From Deltaproteobacteria bacterium (GTDB lineage: Bacteria; Bdellovibrionota_C; UBA2361; SZUA-149; JAITKM01), in NCBI GenBank assembly GCA_031278395.1, contig JAITKM010000018.1:973-64972 (forward strand): a stretch of 64,000 nt of DNA. The letters run 5' to 3'. The stretch's first letter is position 1. Every line of letters starts with the position of its first letter. Shown piece by piece: positions 55,452-63,612 of the stretch. The position numbers and the translations under genes were made by a program. The notes below the pieces were generated by a model. It searched no databases. It saw only the letters and a list, made by a program, of their open reading frames with translations, and was not told the origin of the DNA.

Positions 55452-55480
55452 TTGACTAATTGTATCTTATAGGATACAAC
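55452..55480 (+). promoter_or_regulatory. TA promoter with palindromic autoregulatory operator
   Basis: TTGACT-17bp-TACAAC overlapping the palindrome TTGTATCTTATAGGATACAA (55460-55479). Confidence 0.7.
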
Positions 55481-55487
55481 TACAAAT

Positions 55488-55787
55488 ATGATAATTGAGA
55501 AAACAGAAATTTTTGAGAAATGGTTAAAAAGGTTAAAAGATGAGCAGGCTAAAGGTTGTATTAATATTAAAATAAAAAGAATAGAAACAGAAAATTATTT
55601 CGGAGATTGTAGGTCAGTTGGTGATGGAATTTTTGAGTTACGTATTTTTGTAGGTCCTGGATATAGAATATATTTTTACTACAAAGACGAAAGGGTTATA
55701 ATGCTGCTTTGTGGTGGCAATAAAAAAACTCAAAAAAGAGATATTAAAACGGCAAAACAAATATTAAAAGGAGAATATAAATTATGA
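55488..55787 (+). CDS. RelE/HigB-family addiction module killer toxin
   Basis: FEKWLKRLKD...FGDCRSVGDGIFELRIFVGPGYRIYF...LLCGGNKKTQKRDI. Confidence 0.9.
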   Translation: MIIEKTEIFEKWLKRLKDEQAKGCINIKIKRIETENYFGDCRSVGDGIFELRIFVGPGYRIYFYYKDERVIMLLCGGNKKTQKRDIKTAKQILKGEYKL

Positions 55788-56086
55788 AAAAACTAAAAAC
55801 AACAAAATGGGATATATTAGATTATCTTGATAACGAAAAGGCAATTGCTGCTTATCTTTCTGCTGCAATTGCCGAAAATAATTTACCAACTTTTATTACC
55901 GCAATAGGTGATGTTGTTCGCGCACGTGGAGTAAACGACATGGCTAAAAAAATGAAAGTCGGCAGGGAAAGCCTTTATAAAAGCTTTTCTGGAAAAACCA
56001 AACCAAATTTTGAGACAGTCATAAAGGCACTTGATATATTAGGGGTTAAAATCAATGTTCTTCCTAAAACAAAATCGTGTAGATAA
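55784..56086 (+). CDS. Addiction module antidote protein (HTH antitoxin)
   Basis: WDILDYL...IAAYL...GDVVRARGVNDMAKK...RESLYKSFS...PNFETV. ATGA overlap with the toxin. Confidence 0.9.
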   Translation: MKKLKTTKWDILDYLDNEKAIAAYLSAAIAENNLPTFITAIGDVVRARGVNDMAKKMKVGRESLYKSFSGKTKPNFETVIKALDILGVKINVLPKTKSCR

Positions 56087-56088
56087 AA

Positions 56089-56862
56089 TTATGCGGCTAA
56101 TAGTTCTTTAGATGCTTCTTTTTGAGACCATAAAATAGTATTAATATCATATACTTTAAGGGCTTCAGTTGCTTCGTTTGATATATTTTTATCCTCGTCG
56201 TTAGCTATAACATAGGCTACTGACTTATCCGTACGCATATCTTTAGTATCAAGCCAATCCATAATAAACATACTAGTTGAAGTTTTATTAGGATAATTAA
56301 TAGCTCTTATTATTCTTTCTGGTGAGTTGGTTGATCTAGGAATTACGTAATCAAAACGCCTAGAGAATCCAGTTTTACCGGATAATAAAACATCAGGAGT
56401 ATATCTTATATTAGAATTTTTTAGCCAATTTCCAACATTTTCTAAAAATAAGTTTGTAGAATGCGGAGATGCAAGATAATACAAATCATTAATAGAAATA
56501 ATAGCTTGTAGTAGGCAGTGTTTTTTATAGGGAAAATCTTTGATTGTGGCAGCCGTAGTTAGTTCGTTGTTTTTACCTAATTTTATACCAAAACCATTTA
56601 AGACAATTTTTAAATAGTCTTTATTTTTTAAGGTTTCAAGGGATAGTCCAGACGATAATAAATCATTTATTGTTTCCCCGCCGTCATTAAGAATAAAATT
56701 TTCTTTTTCCTCGTTCTTAAAGTAGATTTGAATCGCATCGTTATGTCTGTCTAGATATGGGGTAGTTATTTCAGACCAGCCGTTTCCAACATCCTCAAAG
56801 GTTGTTTGGTCTCTTAACCAAATATAATAGTTATCAATCATTTTTTGTAATTCTATTTTCAT
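56089..56862 (-). CDS. DUF1828/DUF1829 protein (C-terminal restriction-endonuclease-like domain)
   Basis: ITTPYLDRHNDAIQIY, LNDGGETI.DL, GKTGFSRRFDYVIP, DWLDT. Confidence 0.8.
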   Translation of the reverse strand: MKIELQKMIDNYYIWLRDQTTFEDVGNGWSEITTPYLDRHNDAIQIYFKNEEKENFILNDGGETINDLLSSGLSLETLKNKDYLKIVLNGFGIKLGKNNELTTAATIKDFPYKKHCLLQAIISINDLYYLASPHSTNLFLENVGNWLKNSNIRYTPDVLLSGKTGFSRRFDYVIPRSTNSPERIIRAINYPNKTSTSMFIMDWLDTKDMRTDKSVAYVIANDEDKNISNEATEALKVYDINTILWSQKEASKELLAA

Positions 56863-57312
56863 ATATGGAAGTTCCTGATTTGCAGTATATTTGGAGGTTT
56901 CACTATATGACAGAATTTCATAAAATCCTCAAATGTTTTATAGAAATCAGATAAATCTGTAAATATTTCCTTAGGTATTTCTATTGCGAATTTATCTAAA
57001 AAATTCTCTTTATAAATATGTAAATGATTACTACTAAGTTTTTGTCCATCTGGATTTGTATGTGGCGCACTATTAATATCTAGTCTCGCTAAAATAATTA
57101 CTTTTCGACTTCTTAGGTTATTAGATATTTTATTTAGTTTAAATTGATTTTTTGTATAATCAATTATAAATTCCTCTTTTTTATTCTCAGAAATAAAATT
57201 TAATGATAATTTACCACCACCTAAATCAGGTAAAGATATTTTTTTCGTTCTTATAATACTTATTTATTGCTAGTAAATTATCTGCTTCTTTTTGCGACAT
57301 ATTGGCGTTCAT
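56859..57312 (-). pseudogene. DUF6978-like prophage protein interrupted by a frameshift in an A7 run (not in ORF track)
   Basis: Frame 1 reads MNANMSQKEADNLLAINKYYKNEK, then stops. Removing one A (57239-57245) gives ISLPDLGGG...ARLDINSAPHTNPDG...HLHIYKE...FMKFCHI, ending in an ATGA overlap with the DUF1828 gene. Confidence 0.75.
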
Positions 57313-57322
57313 ATATTATATA

Positions 57323-57898
57323 CTAAAAATAATTAACAAATGACCCAATAACACGCCCTAATATTTTTACATCTTTAATTTTCATTTCTGTTTTTATCGT
57401 ATATTTTTCATTATCGCATTTTATCAGTGCTTTTTCAGCGATTAAATCAACTTCCACACGCCGAAAACCGTAGTTATCACCTATTGTAGGAATTACGTAG
57501 ATTCCAGATTTATCAATTTTATTAATACCAAAATCCACGAGCACAGAATCATCCGGCTTAAATGTTGGATACATTTCGTCGCCTGTTAGTTTAACCCATT
57601 TTGGGATTATTGCGTTGGGAGCTATATTAATATTAGTAATAATTTTTTCTTCAGAATCTAAAAGTTCCCCAGCGGGAATCTGAAGAGCATTTGCTAATTT
57701 AATTACATGTTCATGCTTTGGGTATTTAACATGCCCAGTCATTATTTTTCTTAATATCTCGTAAGATACACCAGATTTTTGTGCAAGATCTGCCAGAAGG
57801 TCAAATCCTCTCTTTTTCATGTATAGTTTTAAATTTTTAATTAGTGCTTCTGTTTCTGTTGGTACAGTTTCTTTTTTTAATATTTTTTCCCGTTTCAT
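57323..57898 (-). CDS. CI/LexA-like phage repressor (HTH plus degenerate S24 domain)
   Basis: XRE HTH LADLAQKSGVS...KLANALQI; S24 fold GDEMYPT...DSVLVD...FRRV...DNEKY...ILGRVI. Confidence 0.88.
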   Translation of the reverse strand: MKREKILKKETVPTETEALIKNLKLYMKKRGFDLLADLAQKSGVSYEILRKIMTGHVKYPKHEHVIKLANALQIPAGELLDSEEKIITNINIAPNAIIPKWVKLTGDEMYPTFKPDDSVLVDFGINKIDKSGIYVIPTIGDNYGFRRVEVDLIAEKALIKCDNEKYTIKTEMKIKDVKILGRVIGSFVNYF

Positions 57899-58025
57899 AG
57901 CCTTCCCGAAGATTTTTCTGATTAAATATACGTATATTAACTATCTTTGTAAATAATATCGCCTCTTTTTTAGGATAATTTAAAATTTTTTGTTCACTTT
58001 TATAAACAAAAGGGAATAATTATAC

Positions 58026-58052
58026 TTGACTGTTACAAAATAGAACTATAAG
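58026..58052 (+). promoter_or_regulatory. Rightward early promoter with putative operator (OR-like)
   Basis: TTGACT directly followed by GTTACAAAATAGAAC and TATAAG. The -35/-10 spacing is non-ideal. Confidence 0.5.
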
Positions 58053-58060
58053 GGAATATT

Positions 58061-58127
58061 AATCACGGCGGCTCAATGGTAGCTCCTTTGAGTGCAAGAT
58101 TTTCCCGATCTTTGTCCGTGATTTTTT
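58061..58127 (+). ncRNA. Candidate double-stem-loop regulatory RNA in the cro position
   Basis: Closing stem AATCACGG/CCGTGATT enclosing GCTCAA/TTGAGT and AAGAT/ATCTT hairpins, followed by a T-run. Confidence 0.5.
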
Positions 58128-58151
58128 AAGGGATAAAATCGAGGGAATGGA

Positions 58152-59588
58152 ATGCAACTTAGAGATTATCAAATAAAAGCAATCGACGACATCAAGCAAG
58201 CATTCGCTTCAGGGTTTAGGGCACCGTTATTTCAGATGATGTGCGGTGGAGGTAAGACGGCAATTCTCTCTCATATCACAAAGGGTGCAGCGCAAAAACA
58301 AAATCACGTATGTATCGTTGTTCATCGGCAAGAACTAGTAACACAAACATCAGTAGCTCTCGCGCGTACAGGCGTGTGGCATAACATTTGTGCAACTAAT
58401 AACGTTGTACAGTCTGCTATCAAATCTCAAATAAAATCTACTGGTAGGTCTTATTATCAGTATGAATCATTTGTAACAGTAGCGTCTATTCAGACGTTAA
58501 TTCGTCGTATGCACGAATATCCAAGTTTTAATTTTCTACTACTAGATGAGGCAGCGCATGCCTGCGCTGCAACGTGGACTAAACTAATCTCATATTATCC
58601 AAAAGCTAAAATTCTAGGTGTTACTGCAACTCCACAGCGCCTTGATGGCAGAGGTTTAGGTGTCGAATCTGGAGGTGTGTTTGACACGCTTATAAATGGA
58701 CCAAGTGTCAAACACCTTATTGAACAAGGCTGGTTGTCAGACTATAAAGTTTACGCTCCGCCAAACGATTTAAATTTAGATGGAATAAAAAAAATCGCCG
58801 GCGACTACGCTAAAAACGAACTTGTAAAACTTGTCGATAAAAATAAAATTACAGGCGATGTAATCGAGCATTATAAAAAAATATGTAACGGTGTCCCATC
58901 CATTGCGTTCTGTGTATCGATAGAACATGCAAAACATGTAGCGGAGCAATTTAAAGCCGCAGGTTATCGTGCGGCTTGCATTGACGGCAAGTTAGACGAT
59001 TATACGCGTCGTTCTTACATTGATGCGCTTGGTTGTGGTGGTTTAAATGTTTTAACCTCCTGTGAGATTATTTCAGAAGGCACAGATATACCTATCGTGG
59101 GTGCAGTGATTCTTTTACGCCCGACGCACTCTTTATCATTGCATTTGCAACAAATCGGCAGAGGGTTACGTCTATACCAAGATAAAGAATATGTAATAAT
59201 TTTAGACCACGTAGGAAATATAGCTCGACATGGATTTCCAGATGACGCCCGTGAGTGGACATTAGAGGGAAGGTCTTTTAAAAATAAAAAAATATCAGAT
59301 AAAATTCTATCAATTCGTCAGTGCCTAAACTGTTACGCAATATATCCAGCAAATTTAAACATCTGTCCGCAGTGTAAAACACCGCTACAAAAATCAACAC
59401 GAGAGATTCAGCAAGAAGAAGGACAATTAATAGAAATTCAGCGCCTACAGGAACGTAGGCAAGCACGAATCGAACAAGGTAGAGCGCAGGCATTAAAAGA
59501 CTTAATAGAACTAGGAAAGCGCAAGGGATACAAAAATCCTTACGCGTGGGCAAAGTATGTTTTTAACGCAAGGATAAAAACGGCATGA
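58152..59588 (+). CDS. Phage superfamily 2 DEAD/DEAH helicase with C-terminal zinc ribbon
   Basis: LRDYQ, CGGGKT, DEAAH, TATP, SEGTD, QQIGRGLR, CLNC...CPQC. Confidence 0.9.
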   Translation: MQLRDYQIKAIDDIKQAFASGFRAPLFQMMCGGGKTAILSHITKGAAQKQNHVCIVVHRQELVTQTSVALARTGVWHNICATNNVVQSAIKSQIKSTGRSYYQYESFVTVASIQTLIRRMHEYPSFNFLLLDEAAHACAATWTKLISYYPKAKILGVTATPQRLDGRGLGVESGGVFDTLINGPSVKHLIEQGWLSDYKVYAPPNDLNLDGIKKIAGDYAKNELVKLVDKNKITGDVIEHYKKICNGVPSIAFCVSIEHAKHVAEQFKAAGYRAACIDGKLDDYTRRSYIDALGCGGLNVLTSCEIISEGTDIPIVGAVILLRPTHSLSLHLQQIGRGLRLYQDKEYVIILDHVGNIARHGFPDDAREWTLEGRSFKNKKISDKILSIRQCLNCYAIYPANLNICPQCKTPLQKSTREIQQEEGQLIEIQRLQERRQARIEQGRAQALKDLIELGKRKGYKNPYAWAKYVFNARIKTA

Positions 59589-59995
59589 GATATAGACATA
59601 AAAAACGGGCTCAAAACAACTTAGCCATAAAATTCTCCGATACACCAGAGGTTAATCTCTTAATAGCGATTATAAAACAAAGTTGGGTTGATGAACTACT
59701 ACCGACTTACGGCATTTCCCGAAAAAGCTCAGGTATTAGAAGTAGAAATGATAAAATATCGGCGCATGATTTTTTTTATCACGGCGATTATTTCGGTGAA
59801 ATCTGTAATGTAATTAATCTCAATCAAGAGCAATTTATATATTATTTAGAAAAGGTAAAAATAATTTTAAATAACAATAAAAAACTAAGACAGCCGCAAA
59901 AAGTTTTAGAAATTTTTAGATTAGTTATAAAAAAAATGATTCGTACCCAAAACGATGAAGATAATTATAATTTCCATTTATGCAAGAATCATTAA
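59585..59995 (+). CDS. Hypothetical phage protein
   Basis: Translationally coupled between the helicase and VRR-NUC genes. Confidence 0.65.
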   Translation: MRYRHKKRAQNNLAIKFSDTPEVNLLIAIIKQSWVDELLPTYGISRKSSGIRSRNDKISAHDFFYHGDYFGEICNVINLNQEQFIYYLEKVKIILNNNKKLRQPQKVLEIFRLVIKKMIRTQNDEDNYNFHLCKNH

Positions 59996-60360
59996 TTTTA
60001 AAAAAAATAATGTTAGCATTAGGGCAGCTTAAAACTCTCCGTATTTGGCGTAATAATACAGGCGTTTTATGGAGCGGAACAGATATTAAAAAACTAGGTA
60101 AGGATATTTATATTAAAAACGCTTATCCTGTCAGGTTCGGATTAGAAGGCTCGGCGGACATTTTAGGAATTATTGCGCCGGATGGAAAATTTTTAGCAAT
60201 AGAAGTTAAACAACAAAGAGGTAGGCAGTCAGAGAAGCAAAAGAATTTTGAGAATATGATTAAATCCTTGGGGGGAGTTTATATTTTAGCACACTCTCCT
60301 GAGGAAGCTTTAGAAAAATTAAAAGTTGTTATTAACGTTAATAAAACAGAAATAATATGA
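59980..60360 (+). CDS. VRR-NUC domain nuclease
   Basis: ES.I...WRNNTG, GSADILG...FLAIEVK...QSEKQ..F...GGVY. Confidence 0.88.
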   Translation: MQESLILKKIMLALGQLKTLRIWRNNTGVLWSGTDIKKLGKDIYIKNAYPVRFGLEGSADILGIIAPDGKFLAIEVKQQRGRQSEKQKNFENMIKSLGGVYILAHSPEEALEKLKVVINVNKTEII

Positions 60361-62828
60361 GCAAAAAACTAGATTTCGATAATATAAATATTAACGCTTT
60401 AAATCGTTTACCAACGCTACTTAGGGAATGGTTACCTGAAGGAGTACAACAAGGAAACGAATATGTATGTGGCTCATGGAACGGAGAGAAAGGGACATCG
60501 TTATCTATTAATATTAACACTGGTAAAGGTGGAGATTTTGCCTCTAACGATTTAGTTGGTGATCCTATAGGAATTTATGCAAAACGGTTTAATATAGATA
60601 GGGTTCAAGCAGCTAGAGAATTAGATAAAATAGTTAACAATACACCTGAGGTTATATCCAAGCCTAAAAAAGTAGATTCCGAAGTAGAAAAGATAAAAAA
60701 ATTAAATAAAATTCTTTCAGAGTCTGTTTCGTTGCTTAAAACACCTGCTCAAAAATATCTCCAAAATAGAGGATTAACTTCTTGTAATACTAATATTTTT
60801 AAATATCGTCCTCATAAATCCGGCGGTGGTTCTCTAGTCTGTATAGCGTTTAATGAAAATAATGAGGTTAAGGCTGTTCAACAAGTTTTTATAACTGCTG
60901 AAGGTAAAAAGAATACAATTGTAAAGAATATAAAAATAACAAACGGGTTTCCGTCTGGTAATCCAATAAGAATACCAAGGCGTCCAAGTGTTTCAGAAAA
61001 TACACCTATAATTGTCTGCGAAGGACCAGAAGATGCGATAACCTTATCTAATGCTACAGGGTTTGAAGTCTGGGGAACATGTGGACTTAGTTTTATGGAT
61101 AAGATTCCTTTTATTCCTGAACGCCAGTATTTAATTGTTCGAGACAATGACCCTATAGGCTCTGAAGCAGATGTAAAAATTAACAAAATTATCTCAACGT
61201 TAATAGACCGAGGTTTAAACAATCTGTTATGCACACGTCCGCCGGATGGAGTTAAGGATTCAAATGAATTATTGAAGACTACTGGAATTAAAGCTGTTGA
61301 AGAAATGATTAATAACGCCCAGCCGGTGCATGATTTTAGGAATTTAACCGAGGAAGACACCCAAAAATCTCAAGCCTTAGAAAATGAAGTATGCGAAAAT
61401 AATGAAGTAAATAAATTTTTAACTAAAGAAGGGTTAAAAATAAAAAACTGTTCGAAATATGAATATAACGACACTGGAAATTCTGAACGCATTGTTGAGC
61501 ATTGGGGGGATAAAGTTAAATATATAGACGAATTAAGTTGGGCTATATATAAAAAAGGAAGATGGGAGCTGGCATCTGATAAAAGAGCGCTTAATATGGT
61601 TATGGATGTTATTAAAAAAATAAAAAAAGAAAGAAATTACATCACAGAGATTAGAAAAGAGGCTTTAGAAAAGTGGTATTGGAAATCAAGAAGCGAACAT
61701 TGTACTAGGGCATCTCTTAATCTAGCAAAAGCAAAACTTCTTATTGAAGCAGAAAAATTTAATCAGTATCCATATTATTTAAATTGCAATAACGGTGTTT
61801 TGGATCTTAAAACTGGGAAGCTTTTACCACATAACCCGGAATATTACTTAACTAAAAAGATAGATACTAATTATGACCCATCGGCAAAGTGCCCCCAATG
61901 GGATAAGTTTCTAAATGAAATTTTCTCTGGCAATATAGATTTAATTAATTATATTCAAAGATGTGTTGGATATAGTTTAACAGGCGATACATGTGAACAG
62001 TGTATGTTTATTTTTTTAGGGCATGGTTCTGATGGGAAGTCTCTATTTTTTGATGTATTAAAGAATTTACTACGGGATTATCATTGCAATATTCCTGTTT
62101 CTACTTTTGAGCTAAAAAAACAGGAGAATGAAGCACAACCGTTTATAGCTCAATTACAAAATATTCGTTTCGTTGTGTCAGCAGAAAGTAATACAGATGT
62201 TTATTTTAATGAAGCATTAATAAAATCACTAACAGGAGAAAGAGAGATTGTGACTAGGGGACTATATTCTGCCCCAATAAATATGAAAATAGAGTTTAAA
62301 ATTTGGTTATCTACTAATTATAAGTTAAAACTTAAAAATACTGAAAGAGGAATAAAAAGGCGTTTAAAATTAATTCCTTTAAACGAATATTTTTATGAAG
62401 ATGGCGATAATTCAGAAGAGGCGAAAAAAGGAAGATTAAAGGATAAAAAATTATATGAAAAACTTTCAACGGAAAAAGAAGGTATTCTTGCTTGGGCAAT
62501 TAGGGGATGTTTAGAGTGGCAAAAACTAGGTGGATTACATGAGGTAGACATAGTTAAGGATACAACAGAAAACTATTTTAAAGAAATGGATACTATTGGA
62601 AATTTTTTAGAAGAGTGTTGCGAAAAAAATCCTTGCTATTCTATAGAGGCAAGAGATTTGTATCAATCTTATAGAAAATGGTGTGAAAAAACGGGACATA
62701 TAGCATTTGCAGACAATGGTTTTTATAGAAAATTATCGGAAAAAAATATCGAAAGAAGACACACACGATGTGGAAATAGATATTTTGGAATAGTATTAAA
62801 AAATTGGAATAATAATTTTGTTAATTAG
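60357..62828 (+). CDS. Phage primase-helicase (Toprim + D5-N + P4-family SF3 helicase)
   Basis: YLQNRG, VCEGPEDA, RDND, KDSNE Toprim motifs; DTGNSER, LNCNNGVLDL; Walker A GHGSDGKS; IKSLTG, RRLKLIP. Confidence 0.9.
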   Translation: MSKKLDFDNININALNRLPTLLREWLPEGVQQGNEYVCGSWNGEKGTSLSININTGKGGDFASNDLVGDPIGIYAKRFNIDRVQAARELDKIVNNTPEVISKPKKVDSEVEKIKKLNKILSESVSLLKTPAQKYLQNRGLTSCNTNIFKYRPHKSGGGSLVCIAFNENNEVKAVQQVFITAEGKKNTIVKNIKITNGFPSGNPIRIPRRPSVSENTPIIVCEGPEDAITLSNATGFEVWGTCGLSFMDKIPFIPERQYLIVRDNDPIGSEADVKINKIISTLIDRGLNNLLCTRPPDGVKDSNELLKTTGIKAVEEMINNAQPVHDFRNLTEEDTQKSQALENEVCENNEVNKFLTKEGLKIKNCSKYEYNDTGNSERIVEHWGDKVKYIDELSWAIYKKGRWELASDKRALNMVMDVIKKIKKERNYITEIRKEALEKWYWKSRSEHCTRASLNLAKAKLLIEAEKFNQYPYYLNCNNGVLDLKTGKLLPHNPEYYLTKKIDTNYDPSAKCPQWDKFLNEIFSGNIDLINYIQRCVGYSLTGDTCEQCMFIFLGHGSDGKSLFFDVLKNLLRDYHCNIPVSTFELKKQENEAQPFIAQLQNIRFVVSAESNTDVYFNEALIKSLTGEREIVTRGLYSAPINMKIEFKIWLSTNYKLKLKNTERGIKRRLKLIPLNEYFYEDGDNSEEAKKGRLKDKKLYEKLSTEKEGILAWAIRGCLEWQKLGGLHEVDIVKDTTENYFKEMDTIGNFLEECCEKNPCYSIEARDLYQSYRKWCEKTGHIAFADNGFYRKLSEKNIERRHTRCGNRYFGIVLKNWNNNFVN

Positions 62829-62837
62829 GGAAAATTT

Positions 62838-63350
62838 ATGTATTACGATGTATTAAAAGAGTTAAATGAAGCCGATAAATATATTGAGGCAAATTCAAAT
62901 AACTTGTGTAAAAAATTTAAAACAATAAAAGAATATAATATGCTTAAAAAATGGATAGATGATAAAAAAAATTCCAATTATAGAAAAAAAATACCGCCAG
63001 TCGTAGGCTTTTATTGTTTTTTAATTCACTCTCGTGAATATATTAAAGGAGAACATATTTTAGGTAATATTTATAAACATTATAAATATTTCTGTTGTTA
63101 TAATCATTTTAAACACTATTACTGGGGGCAATTTTGTTTTAAATTATCTGAGGTTAATTTTTTAACGAGCAATAATAAATATACAAGATATTCGTTAGTT
63201 AAAGGTAGTTGGTGTTGTTTTACGTATATGACATATTATAAAGAGCAGAAAGCTCACAACTATTGTGGTGTTCCATTTTTTATACACCAGCTGAATAGTA
63301 ACGTATTAGATAGAGAGCTAACGAAGCACAAGATAGAAAAAAAAACATAA
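62838..63350 (+). CDS. Hypothetical phage protein (Tyr/Cys-rich; possible winged-helix relic)
   Basis: ORF 9 bp after the primase with a GGGAA RBS. Confidence 0.55.
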   Translation: MYYDVLKELNEADKYIEANSNNLCKKFKTIKEYNMLKKWIDDKKNSNYRKKIPPVVGFYCFLIHSREYIKGEHILGNIYKHYKYFCCYNHFKHYYWGQFCFKLSEVNFLTSNNKYTRYSLVKGSWCCFTYMTYYKEQKAHNYCGVPFFIHQLNSNVLDRELTKHKIEKKT

Positions 63351-63424
63351 ACGGACGGAGTGGGTATATAGTAATGTTGCTTTAATAACTTGATTAATTA
63401 TTAAAATTAATTTATTTATTAGCC

Positions 63425-63490
63425 ATGGGGTCAAAAACTCTATACATACCGGTCGACCACTCCCGTAAGTTTAGTGGATTTTTTATGTCT
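63425..63490 (+). ncRNA. Candidate C4/CI-like antisense RNA element
   Basis: Hairpins ATGGGGT-CAAAA-ACTCTAT and CCACT...AGTGG followed by a T-run. CCACTCC is complementary to upstream GGAGTGG (63357-63363). Confidence 0.4.
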
Positions 63491-63612
63491 AAAATTTGAT
63501 TTAAGTGCGAGATTTACAGAGTTATAATTAACCTCCTTGAAAGAAAAGGTTTTACATGCTATGCGCAACACAGTTATTTTGTAAATAACCTAAAAAAAAC
63601 TCGCGAGGAAAC

